This document shows positions 1 through 15,300 of a stretch of 64,000 nt of DNA, piece after piece. This stretch comes from Eledone cirrhosa. Lineage: Eukaryota. The translations under genes were made by a program, and so were the position numbers. How positions within the stretch are numbered: position 1 is the first letter of the stretch; every line of letters starts with the position of its first letter. The stretch spans positions 48,174,001 through 48,238,000 of the forward strand of contig OZ024741.1 in assembly GCA_964016885.1 (NCBI GenBank), given 5' to 3'. A model generated the notes under the pieces. It ran no database searches, was not told where the DNA came from, and saw only the letters and a program-made list of their open reading frames with translations.

Positions 1-2759
1 TACACAGACTATATATATATTTAGTTGTCTCTGGTCTACACAGACTATATATATATTTAGTTGTATCTCTGGTCTACACAGACTATATATATATTTAGTT
101 GTATCTCTGGTCTCCACAGACTATATATATATTTAGTTGTATCTGGTCTACACAGACTATATATATATTTAGTTGTATCTGGTCTACACAGACAATATAT
201 ATATTTAGTTGTGTCTCTGGTCTACACAGACTATATATATATTTAGTTGTATCTCTGGTCTACACAGACAATATATATATTTAGTTGTGTCTCTGGTCTA
301 CACAGACAATATATATATTTAGTTGTATCTCTGGTCTACACAGACAATATATATATTTAGTTGTATCTCTGGTCTACACAGACTATATATATATTTAGTT
401 GTATCTCTGGTCTACACAGACAATATATATATTTAGTTGTGTCTCTGGTCTACACAGACTATATATATATTTAGTTGTATCTCTGGTCTACACAGACAAT
501 ATATATATTTAGTTGTGTCTCTGGTCTACACAGACAATATATATATTTAGTTGTATCTCTGGTCTACACAGACTATATATATATTTAGTTGTGTCTCTGG
601 TCTACACAGACTATATATATATTTAGTTTTATCTCTGGTCTCCACAGACTATATATATATTTAGTTGTATCTCTGGTCTCCACAGACTATATATATATTT
701 AGTTGTATCTGGTCTACACAGACTATATATCTATTTAGTTGTATCTCTGGTCTCCACAGACTATATATATATTTAGTTGTATCTGGTCTACACAGACTAT
801 ATATATATTTAGTTGTATCTCTGGTCTCCACAGACTATATATATATTTAGTTGTGTCTCTGGTCTACACAGACAATATATATATTTAGTTGTGTCTGGTC
901 TACACAGACTATATATATATTTAGTTGTATCTGGTCTACACAGACTATATATATATTTAGTTGTATCTCTGGTCTACACAGACTATATATATATTTAGTT
1001 ATATCTCTGGTCTCCACAGACTATATATCTATTTAGTTGTATCTCTGGTCTACACAGACTATATATATATTTAGTTGTATCTCTGGTCTACACAGACTAT
1101 ATATATATTCAGTTGTATCTCTGGTCTACACAGACTATATATATATTTAGTTGTATCTCTGGTCTACACAGACTATATATATATTTAGTTGTATCTGGTC
1201 TACACAGACTATATATATATTTAGTTGTGTCTCTGGTCTACACAGACAATATATATATTTAGTTGTGTCTGGTCTACACAGACTATATATATATTTAGTT
1301 GTATCTGGTCTACACAAACTATATATATATTTAGTTGTATCTCTGGTCTCCACAGACTATATATATATTTAGTTGTATCTCTGGTCTCCTCAGACTATAT
1401 ATATATATTTAGTTGTATCTGGTCTCCTCAGACTATATATATATGTATATATATATATTTAGTTGTATCTCTGGTCTACACAGACTATATATATATTTAG
1501 TTGTATCTGGTCTCCACAGACTAAATATATATTTAGTTGTGTATCTGGTCTCCACAGACAATATATATATTTAGTTGTGTCTCTGGTCTACACAGACTAT
1601 TTATATATTTAGTTGTGTCTCTGGTCTCCACAGACTATATATATATTTAGTTGTATCTGGTCTACACAGACAATATATATATTTAGTTGTGTCTCTGGTC
1701 TACACAGACTATTTATATATTTAGTTGTGTCTCTGGTCTCCACAGACTATATATATATTTAGTTGTATCTGGTCTACACAGACTATATATATATTTAGTT
1801 GTCTCTGGTCTCCACAGACTATATATATATTTAGTTGTATCTCTGGTCTACACAGACTATATATATATTTAGTTGTGTCTCTGGTCTACACAGACAATAT
1901 ATATATTTAGTTGTATCTCTGGTCTACACAGACTATATATATATTTAGTTGTGTCTCTGGTCTACACAGACAATATATATATTTAGTTGTATCTCTGGTC
2001 TACACAGACTATATATCTATTTAGTTGTGTCTCTGGTCTACACAGACTATATATATATTTAGTTGTATCTCTGGTCTCCACAGACAATATATATATTTAG
2101 TTGTATCTGGTCTCCACAGACTATATATCTATTTAGTTGTATCTCTGGTCTCCACAGACTATATATATATCTAGTTGTGTCTGGTCTACACAGACTATAT
2201 ATATATTTAGTTGTGTCTGGTCTACACAGACTATATATATATTTAGTTGTCTGGTCTACACAGACTATATATATATTTAGTTGTATCTGGTCTACACAGA
2301 CTATATATATATTTAGTTGTGTCTGGTCTACACAGACTATATATATATTTAGTTGTATCTGGTCTACACAGACTATATATATATTTAGTTGTATCTCTGG
2401 TCTCCACAGACTCTATATTTATTTAGTTGTATCTCTGGTCTCCACAGACTATATATATATTTAGTTGTATCTCTGGTCTCCACAGACAATATATATATTT
2501 AGTTGTATCTGGTCTCCACAGACTATATATCTATTTAGTTGTATCTCTGGTCTCCACAGACTATATATCTATTTAGTTGTATCTCTGGTCTCCTCAGACT
2601 ATATATATATATATATATATATATTTAGTTGCATCTCTGGTCTCCACAGACTATATATATATTTAGTTGTATCTCTGGTCTCCACAGACTATATATATAT
2701 TTAGTTGTATCTCTGGTCTCCACAGACTATATATATATTTAGTTGTATCTGGTCTCCTC

Positions 2760-2831
<72 letters not shown>

Positions 2832-3275
2832 GTTGTATCTCTGGTCTACACAGACTATATATATATTTAGTTGTGTCTGGTCTACACAGACTATATATAT
2901 ATTTAGTTGTATCTGGTCTACACAGACTATATATATATTTAGTTTTATCTCTGGTCTCCACAGACTATATATATATTTAGTTGTATCTCTGGTCTCCACA
3001 GACTATATATATATTTAGTTGTATCTGGTCTACACAGACTATATATCTATTTAGTTGTATCTCTGGTCTCCACAGACTATATATATATTTAGTTGTATCT
3101 CTGGTCTCCTCAGACTATATATATATATATATATATATATTTAGTTGCATCTCTGGTCTCCACAGACTATATATATATTTAGTTGTATCTCTGGTCTCCA
3201 CAGACTATATATATATTTAGTTGTATCTCTGGTCTCCACAGACTATATATATATTTAGTTGTATCTGGTCTCCTC

Positions 3276-3359
<84 letters not shown>

Positions 3360-6300
3360 GTTGTATCTCTGGTCTACACAGACTATATATATATTTAGTT
3401 GTCTCTGGTCTACACAGACTATATATATATTTAGTTGTATCTCTGGTCTACACAGACTATATATATATTTAGTTATATCTCTGGTCTCCACAGACTATAT
3501 ATATATTTAGTTGTATCTGGTCTACACAGACTATATATATATTTAGTTGTATCTGGTCTACACAGACAATATATATATTTAGTTGTGTCTCTGGTCTCCT
3601 CAGACTATATATATATTTAGTTGTGTCTCTGGTCTACACAGACAATATATATATTTAGTTGTATCTCTGGTCTACACAGACAATATATATATTTAGTTGT
3701 ATCTCTGGTCTACACAGACTATATATATATTTAGTTGTATCTCTGGTCTCCACAGACTATATATATATTTAGTTGTATCTGGTCTACACAGACTATATAT
3801 ATATTTAGTTTTATCTCTGGTCTCCACAGACTATATATATATTTAGTTGTATCTCTGGTCTCCACAGACTATATATATATTTAGTTGTATCTGGTCTACA
3901 CAGACTATATATCTATTTAGTTGTATCTCTGGTCTCCACAGACTATATATATATTTAGTTGTATCTGGTCTACACAGACTATATATATATTTAGTTTTAT
4001 CTCTGGTCTCCACAGACTATATATATATTTAGTTGTATCTCTGGTCTCCACAGACTATATATATATTTAGTTGTATCTGGTCTACACAGACTATATATCT
4101 ATTTAGTTGTATCTCTGGTCTCCACAGACTATATATATATTTAGTTGTATCTGGTCTACACAGACTATATATATATTTAGTTGTATCTCTGGTCTCCACA
4201 GACTATATATATATTTAGTTGTGTCTCTGGTCTACACAGACAATATATATATTTAGTTGTGTCTGGTCTACACAGACTATATATATATTTAGTTGTATCT
4301 GGTCTACACAGACTATATATATATTTAGTTGTATCTCTGGTCTACACAGACTATATATATATTTAGTTATATCTCTGGTTTCCACAGACTTTATATCTAT
4401 TTAGTTGTATCTCTGGTCTACACAGACTATATATATATTTAGTTGTATCTCTGGTCTACACAGACTATATATATATTCAGTTGTATCTCTGGTCTACACA
4501 GACTATATATATATTTAGTTGTATCTCTGGTCTACACAGACTATATATATATTTAGTTGTATCTCTGGTCTACACAGACAATATATATATTTAGTTGTGT
4601 CTCTGGTCTCCACAGACTATATATATATTTAGTTGTATCTGGTCTACACAGACTATATATATATTTAGTTGTCTCTCTGGTCTACACAGACTATATATAT
4701 ATTCAGTTGTATCTCTGGTCTCCACAGACTATATATATATTTAGTTGTGTCTCTGGTCTCCACAGACTATATATATATTTAGTTGTATCTGGTCTACACA
4801 GACTATATATATATATTTAGTTGTATCTCTAGTCTACACAGACTATATATATATTCAGTTGTATCTCTGGTCTCCACAGACTATATATATATTTAGTTGT
4901 ATCTGGTCTACACAGACTATATATATATTTAGTTTTATCTCTGGTCTCCACAGACTATATATATATTTAGTTGTATCTCTGGTCTCCACAGACTATATAT
5001 ATATTTAGTTGTATCTGGTCTACACAGACTATATATCTATTTAGTTGTATCTCTGGTCTCCACAGACTATATATATATTTAGTTGTATCTGGTCTACACA
5101 GACTATATATATATTTAGTTTTATCTCTGGTCTCAAACAGACTATATATATATTTAGTTGTATCTCTGGTCTCCACAGACTATATATATATTTAGTTGTA
5201 TCTGGTCTACACAGACTATATATCTATTTAGTTGTATCTCTGGTCTCCACAGACTATATATATATTTAGTTGTATCTGGTCTACACAGACTATATATATA
5301 TTTAGTTGTATCTCTGGTCTCCACAGACTATATATATATTTAGTTGTGTCTCTGGTCTACACAGACAATATATATATTTAGTTGTGTCTGGTCTACACAG
5401 ACTATATATATATTTAGTTGTATCTGGTCTACACAGACTATATATATATTTAGTTGTATCTCTGGTCTACACAGACTATATATATATTTAGTTATATCTC
5501 TGGTCTCCACAGACTATATATCTATTTAGTTGTATCTCTGGTCTACACAGACTATATATATATTTAGTTGTATCTCTGGTCTACACAGACTATATATATA
5601 TTCAGTTGTATCTCTGGTCTACACAGACTATATATATATTTAGTTGTATCTCTGGTCTACACAGACTATATATATATTTAGTTGTATCTCTGGTCTACAC
5701 AGACAATATATATATTTAGTTGTGTCTCTGGTCTCCACAGACTATATATATATTTAGTTGTATCTGGTCTACACAGACTATATATATATTTAGTTGTCTC
5801 TCTGGTCTACACAGACTATATATATATTCAGTTGTATCTCTGGTCTCCACAGACTATATATATATTTAGTTGTGTCTCTGGTCTCCACAGACTATATATA
5901 TATTTAGTTGTATCTGGTCTACACAGACTATATATATATATTTAGTTGTATCTCTAGTCTACACAGACTATATATATATTCAGTTGTATCTCTGGTCTCC
6001 ACAGACTATATATATATTTAGTTGTATCTGGTCTACACAGACTATATATATATTTAGTTGTGTCTCTGGTCTACACAGACAATATATATATTTAGTTGTG
6101 TCTGGTCTACACAGACTATATATATATTTAGTTGTATCTGGTCTACACAAACTATATATATATTTAGTTGTATCTCTGGTCTCCACAGACTATATATATA
6201 TTTAGTTGTATCTCTGGTCTCCTCAGACTATATATATATATTTAGTTGTATCTGGTCTCCTCAGACTATATATATATGTATATATATATATTTAGTTGTA

Positions 6301-9300
6301 TCTCTGGTCTACACAGACTATATATATATTTAGTTGTATCTGGTCTCCACAGACTAAATATATATTTAGTTGTGTATCTGGTCTCCACAGACAATATATA
6401 TATTTAGTTGTGTCTCTGGTCTACACAGACTATTTATATATTTAGTTGTGTCTCTGGTCTCCACAGACTATATATATATTTAGTTGTATCTGGTCTACAC
6501 AGACAATATATATATTTAGTTGTGTCTCTGGTCTACACAGACTATTTATATATTTAGTTGTGTCTCTGGTCTCCACAGACTATATATATATTTAGTTGTA
6601 TCTGGTCTACACAGACTATATATATATTTAGTTGTCTCTGGTCTCCACAGACTATATATATATTTAGTTGTATCTCTGGTCTACACAGACTATATATATA
6701 TTTAGTTGTGTCTCTGGTCTACACAGACAATATATATATTTAGTTGTATCTCTGGTCTACACAGACTATATATATATTTAGTTGTATCTCTGGTCTACAC
6801 AGACTATATATATATTTAGTTGTGTCTCTGGTCTACACAGACTATATATATATTTAGTTGTGTATCTGGTCTCCACAGACTATATATATATTTAGTTGTA
6901 TCTCTGGTCTACACAGACTATATATATATCTAGTTGTGTCTGGTCTACACAGACTATATATATATTTAGTTGTGTCTGGTCTACACAGACTATATATATA
7001 TTTAGTTGTGTCTGGTCTACACAGACTATATATATATTTAGTTGTGTCTGGTCTACACAGACTATATATATATTTAGTTGTATCTGGTCTACACAGACTA
7101 TATATATATTTAGTTGTGTCTGGTCTACACAGACTATATATATATTTAGTTGTATCTCTGGTCTACACAGACTATATATATATTTAGTTGTATCTCTGGT
7201 CTCCACAGACTATATATATATTTAGTTGTATCTGGTCTCCACAGACTATATATATATTCAGTTGTATCTGGTCTACACAGACTATATATATATTTAGTTG
7301 TATCTCTGGTCTACACAGACTATATATATATTTAGTTGTATCTCTGGTCTCCACAGACTATATATATATTTAGTTGTATCTGGTCTACACAGACTATATA
7401 TATATTTAGTTGTATCTCTGGTCTCCACAGACTATATATATATTTAGTTGTGTATCTGGTCTACACAGACTATATATATATTTAGTTGTATCTCTGGTCT
7501 CCACAGTCTATATATATATTTAGTTGTATCTCTGGTCTACACAGACTATATATATATTTAGTTGTATCTGGTCTACACAGACTATATATATATTTAGTTG
7601 TATCTCTGGTCTACACAGACTATATATATATTTAGTTGTATCTGGTCTCCACAGACTATATATATATATTTAGTTGTGTCTCTGGTCTACACAGACTATA
7701 TATATATATTTAGTTGTATCTCTGGTCTCCACAGACTATATATATATTCAGTTGTGTCTGGTCTACACAGACTATATATATATTTAGTTGTATCTGGTCT
7801 ACACAGACTATATATATATTTAGTTGTATCTGGTCTACACAGACTATATATATATTTAGTTGTATCTCTGGTCTCCACAGACTAAATATATATTTAGTTG
7901 TGTATCTGGTCTCCACAGACAATATATATATTTAGTTGTGTCTCTGGTCTACACAGACTATTTATATATTTAGTTGTGTCTCTGGTCTCCACAGACTATA
8001 TATATATTTAGTTGTATCTGGTCTACACAGACAATATATATATTTAGTTGTGTCTCTGGTCTACACAGACTATTTATATATTTAGTTGTGTCTCTGGTCT
8101 CCACAGACTATATATATATTTAGTTGTATCTGGTCTACACAGACTATATATATATTTAGTTGTCTCTGGTCTCCACAGACTATATATATATTTAGTTGTA
8201 TCTCTGGTCTACACAGACTATATATATATTTAGTTGTGTCTCTGGTCTACACAGACAATATATATATTTAGTTGTATCTCTGGTCTACACAGACTATATA
8301 TATATTTAGTTGTATCTCTGGTCTACACAGACTATATATATATTTAGTTGTGTCTCTGGTCTACACAGACTATATATATATTTAGTTGTGTATCTGGTCT
8401 CCACAGACTATATATATATTTAGTTGTATCTCTGGTCTACACAGACTATATATATATCTAGTTGTGTCTGGTCTACACAGACTATATATATATTTAGTTG
8501 TGTCTGGTCTACACAGACTATATATATATTTAGTTGTGTCTGGTCTACACAGACTATATATATATTTAGTTGTGTCTGGTCTACACAGACTATATATATA
8601 TTTAGTTGTATCTGGTCTACACAGACTATATATATATTTAGTTGTGTCTGGTCTACACAGACTATATATATATTTAGTTGTATCTCTGGTCTACACAGAC
8701 TATATATATATTTAGTTGTATCTCTGGTCTCCACAGACTATATATATATTTAGTTGTATCTGGTCTCCACAGACTATATATATATTCAGTTGTATCTGGT
8801 CTACACAGACTATATATATATTTAGTTGTATCTCTGGTCTACACAGACTATATATATATTTAGTTGTATCTCTGGTCTCCACAGACTATATATATATTTA
8901 GTTGTATCTGGTCTACACAGACTATATATATATTTAGTTGTATCTCTGGTCTCCACAGACTATATATATATTTAGTTGTGTATCTGGTCTACACAGACTA
9001 TATATATATTTAGTTGTATCTCTGGTCTCCACAGTCTATATATATATTTAGTTGTATCTCTGGTCTACACAGACTATATATATATTTAGTTGTATCTGGT
9101 CTACACAGACTATATATATATTTAGTTGTATCTCTGGTCTACACAGACTATATATATATTTAGTTGTATCTGGTCTCCACAGACTATATATATATATTTA
9201 GTTGTGTCTCTGGTCTACACAGACTATATATATATATTTAGTTGTATCTCTGGTCTCCACAGACTATATATATATTCAGTTGTGTCTGGTCTACACAGAC

Positions 9301-12300
9301 TATATATATATTTAGTTGTATCTGGTCTACACAGACTATATATATATTTAGTTGTATCTGGTCTACACAGACTATATATATATTTAGTTGTATCTCTGGT
9401 CTCCACAGACTATATATATATTTAGTTGTATCTGGTCTCCACAGACTATATATATATTTAGTTGTATCTCTGGTCTCCACAGACTATATATATATTTAGT
9501 TGTATCTCTGATCTCCACAGACTATATATCTATTTAGTTTTATCTCTGTTCTCCACAGACTATATATATATTTAGTTGTATCTCTGGTCTCCACAGACTA
9601 TATATATATTTAGTTGTGTCTCTGGTCTCCACAGACAATATATATATTTAGTTGTATCTCTGGTCTACACAGACAATATATATATTTAGTTGTATCTCTG
9701 GTCTACACAGACTATATATATATTTAGTTGTATCTGGTCTCCACAGACTATGTATATATTTAGTTGTATCTGGTCTCCACAGACTATATATATATTTAGT
9801 TGTATCTGGTCTCCACAGACTATATATATATTTAGTTGTATCTGGTCTCCACAGACTATATATCTATTTAGTTGTATCTCTGGTCTCCACAGACTATATA
9901 TATATTTAGTTGTATCTCTGGTCTACACAGACTATATATATATTTAGTTGTATCTGGACTCCACAGACTATATATATATATTTAGTTGTATCTCTGGTCT
10001 CCACAGACTATATATATATTTAGTTGTATCTGGTCTCCACAGACTATATATATATTTAGTTGTATCTGGTCTCCACAGACTATATATATATTTAGTTGTA
10101 TCTCTGGTCTCCACAGACTATATATATATTTAGTTGTATCTGGTCTCCACAGACTATATATATATATTTAGTTGTATCTGGTCTACACAGACTATATATA
10201 TATTTAGTTGTATCTCTGGTCTACACAGACTATGTATATATTTAGTTGTATCTCTGGTCTACACAGACTATATATATATTTAGTTGTATCTCTGGTCTCC
10301 ACAGACTATATATATATTTAGTTGTGTCTGGTCTCCTCAGACTATATATATATATTTAGTTGTATCTGGTCTACACAGACTATATATATATTTAGTTGTA
10401 TCTCTGGTCTCCACAGACTATTTATATATTTAGTTGTGTCTCTGGTCTCCACAGACTATATATATATTTAGTTGTGTCTCTGCTCTACACAGACTATATA
10501 TATATTTAGTTGTATCTCTGGTCTACACAGACTATATATATATTTAGTTGTATCTCTGGTCTACACAGACTATATATATATTTAGTTGTATCTCTGGTCT
10601 CCACAGACTATATATATATTTAGTTGTATCTCTGGTCTCCACAGACTATATATATATTTAGTTGTATCTGGTCTACACAGACTATATATATATTTAGTTG
10701 TATCTGGTCTACACAGACTATATATATATTTAGTTGTATCTGGACTACACAGCCTATATATATATTTAGTTGTGTCTCTGGTCTACACAGACTATATATA
10801 TATTTAGTTGTATCTCTGGTCTACACAGACTATATATATATTTAATTGTGTCTCTGGTCTACACAGACTATATATATATTTAGTTGTATCTCTGGTCTAC
10901 ACAGACTATATATATATTTAGTTGTATCTGGACTACACAGACTATATATATATTTAGTTGTGTCTCTGGTCTACACAGACTATATATATATTTAGTTGTG
11001 TCTCTGGTCTACACAGACTATATATATATTTAGTTGTATCTCTGGTCTACACAGACTATATATATATTTAATTGTGTCTCTGGTCTACACAGACTATATA
11101 TATATTTAGTTGTATCTCTGGTCTACACAGACTATATATATATTTAGTTGTATCTCTGGTCTACACAGACTATATATATATTTAGTCGTATCTGGTCTCC
11201 ACAGACTATATATCTATTTAGTTTTATCTCTGGTCTACACAGACTATATATATATTTAGTTGTGTCTCTGGTCTACACAGACAATATATATATTTAGTTG
11301 TATCTCTGGTCTACACAGACTATATATATATTTAGTTGTATCTCTGGTCTACACAGACTATATATATATTCAGTTGTATCTCTGGTCTACACAGACTATA
11401 TATATATTTAGTTGTATCTCTGGTCTACACAGACTATATATATATTTAGTTGTATCTCTGGTCTACACAGACAATATATATATTTAGTTGTGTCTCTGGT
11501 CTCCACAGACTATATATATATTTAGTTGTATCTGGTCTACACAGACTATACATATATTTAGTTGTCTCTCTGGTCTACACAGACTATATATATATTCAGT
11601 TGTATCTCTGGTCTCCACAGACTATATATATATTTAGTTGTGTCTCTGGTCTCCACAGACTATATATATATTTAGTTGTATCTGGTCTACACAGACTATA
11701 TATATATATTTAGTTGTATCTCTAGTCTACACAGACTATATATATATTCAGTTGTATCTCTGGTCTCCACAGACTATATATATATTTAGTTGTATCTGGT
11801 CTACACAGACTATATATATATTTAGTTGTGTCTCTGGTCTACACAGACAATATATATATTTAGTTGTGTCTGGTCTACACAGACTATATATATATTTAGT
11901 TGTATCTGGTCTACACAAACTATATATATATTTAGTTGTATCTCTGGTCTCCACAGACTATATATATATTTAGTTGTATCTCTGGTCTCCTCAGACTATA
12001 TATATATATTTAGTTGTATCTGGTCTCCTCAGACTATATATATATGTATATATATATATTTAGTTGTATCTCTGGTCTACACAGACTATATATATATTTA
12101 GTTGTATCTGGTCTCCACAGACTAAATATATATTTAGTTGTGTATCTGGTCTCCACAGACAATATATATATTTAGTTGTGTCTCTGGTCTACACAGACTA
12201 TTTATATATTTAGTTGTGTCTCTGGTCTCCACAGACTATATATATATTTAGTTGTATCTGGTCTACACAGACAATATATATATTTAGTTGTGTCTCTGGT

Positions 12301-15300
12301 CTACACAGACTATTTATATATTTAGTTGTGTCTCTGGTCTCCACAGACTATATATATATTTAGTTGTATCTGGTCTACACAGACTATATATATATTTAGT
12401 TGTCTCTGGTCTCCACAGACTATATATATATTTAGTTGTATCTCTGGTCTACACAGACTATATATATATTTAGTTGTGTCTCTGGTCTACACAGACAATA
12501 TATATATTTAGTTGTATCTCTGGTCTACACAGACTATATATATATTTAGTTGTATCTCTGGTCTACACAGACTATATATATATTTAGTTGTGTCTCTGGT
12601 CTACACAGACTATATATATATTTAGTTGTGTATCTGGTCTCCACAGACTATATATATATTTAGTTGTATCTCTGGTCTACACAGACTATATATATATCTA
12701 GTTGTGTCTGGTCTACACAGACTATATATATATTTAGTTGTGTCTGGTCTACACAGACTATATATATATTTAGTTGTGTCTGGTCTACACAGACTATATA
12801 TATATTTAGTTGTGTCTGGTCTACACAGACTATATATATATTTAGTTGTATCTGGTCTACACAGACTATATATATATTTAGTTGTGTCTGGTCTACACAG
12901 ACTATATATATATTTAGTTGTATCTCTGGTCTACACAGACTATATATATATTTAGTTGTATCTCTGGTCTCCACAGACTATATATATATTTAGTTGTATC
13001 TGGTCTCCACAGACTATATATATATTCAGTTGTATCTGGTCTACACAGACTATATATATATTTAGTTGTATCTCTGGTCTACACAGACTATATATATATT
13101 TAGTTGTATCTCTGGTCTCCACAGACTATATATATATTTAGTTGTATCTGGTCTACACAGACTATATATATATTTAGTTGTATCTCTGGTCTCCACAGAC
13201 TATATATATATTTAGTTGTGTATCTGGTCTACACAGACTATATATATATTTAGTTGTATCTCTGGTCTCCACAGTCTATATATATATTAAGTTGTATCTC
13301 TGGTCTACACAGACTATATATATATTTAGTTGTATCTGGTCTACACAGACTATATATATATTTAGTTGTATCTCTGGTCTACACAGACTATATATATATT
13401 TAGTTGTATCTGGTCTCCACAGACTATATATATATATTTAGTTGTGTCTCTGGTCTACACAGACTATATATATATATTTAGTTGTATCTCTGGTCTCCAC
13501 AGACTATATATATATTCAGTTGTGTCTGGTCTACACAGACTATATATATATTTAGTTGTATCTGGTCTACACAGACTATATATATATTTAGTTGTATCTG
13601 GTCTACACAGACTATATATATATTTAGTTGTATCTCTGGTCTCCACAGACTAAATATATATTTAGTTGTGTATCTGGTCTCCACAGACAATATATATATT
13701 TAGTTGTGTCTCTGGTCTACACAGACTATTTATATATTTAGTTGTGTCTCTGGTCTCCACAGACTATATATATATTTAGTTGTATCTGGTCTACACAGAC
13801 AATATATATATTTAGTTGTGTCTCTGGTCTACACAGACTATTTATATATTTAGTTGTGTCTCTGGTCTCCACAGACTATATATATATTTAGTTGTATCTG
13901 GTCTACACAGACTATATATATATTTAGTTGTCTCTGGTCTCCACAGACTATATATATATTTAGTTGTATCTCTGGTCTACACAGACTATATATATATTTA
14001 GTTGTGTCTCTGGTCTACACAGACAATATATATATTTAGTTGTATCTCTGGTCTACACAGACTATATATATATTTAGTTGTATCTCTGGTCTACACAGAC
14101 TATATATATATTTAGTTGTGTCTCTGGTCTACACAGACTATATATATATTTAGTTGTGTATCTGGTCTCCACAGACTATATATATATTTAGTTGTATCTC
14201 TGGTCTACACAGACTATATATATATCTAGTTGTGTCTGGTCTACACAGACTATATATATATTTAGTTGTGTCTGGTCTACACAGACTATATATATATTTA
14301 GTTGTGTCTGGTCTACACAGACTATATATATATTTAGTTGTGTCTGGTCTACACAGACTATATATATATTTAGTTGTATCTGGTCTACACAGACTATATA
14401 TATATTTAGTTGTGTCTGGTCTACACAGACTATATATATATTTAGTTGTATCTCTGGTCTACACAGACTATATATATATTTAGTTGTATCTCTGGTCTCC
14501 ACAGACTATATATATATTTAGTTGTATCTGGTCTCCACAGACTATATATATATTCAGTTGTATCTGGTCTACACAGACTATATATATATTTAGTTGTATC
14601 TCTGGTCTACACAGACTATATATATATTTAGTTGTATCTCTGGTCTCCACAGACTATATATATATTTAGTTGTATCTGGTCTACACAGACTATATATATA
14701 TTTAGTTGTATCTCTGGTCTCCACAGACTATATATATATTTAGTTGTGTATCTGGTCTACACAGACTATATATATATTTAGTTGTATCTCTGGTCTCCAC
14801 AGTCTATATATATATTTAGTTGTATCTCTGGTCTACACAGACTATATATATATTTAGTTGTATCTGGTCTACACAGACTATATATATATTTAGTTGTATC
14901 TCTGGTCTACACAGACTATATATATATTTAGTTGTATCTGGTCTCCACAGACTATATATATATATTTAGTTGTGTCTCTGGTCTACACAGACTATATATA
15001 TATATTTAGTTGTATCTCTGGTCTCCACAGACTATATATATATTCAGTTGTGTCTGGTCTACACAGACTATATATATATTTAGTTGTATCTGGTCTACAC
15101 AGACTATATATATATTTAGTTGTATCTGGTCTACACAGACTATATATATATTTAGTTGTATCTCTGGTCTCCACAGACTATATATATATTTAGTTGTATC
15201 TGGTCTCCACAGACTATATATATATTTAGTTGTATCTCTGGTCTCCACAGACTATATATATATTTAGTTGTATCTCTGATCTCCACAGACTATATATCTA

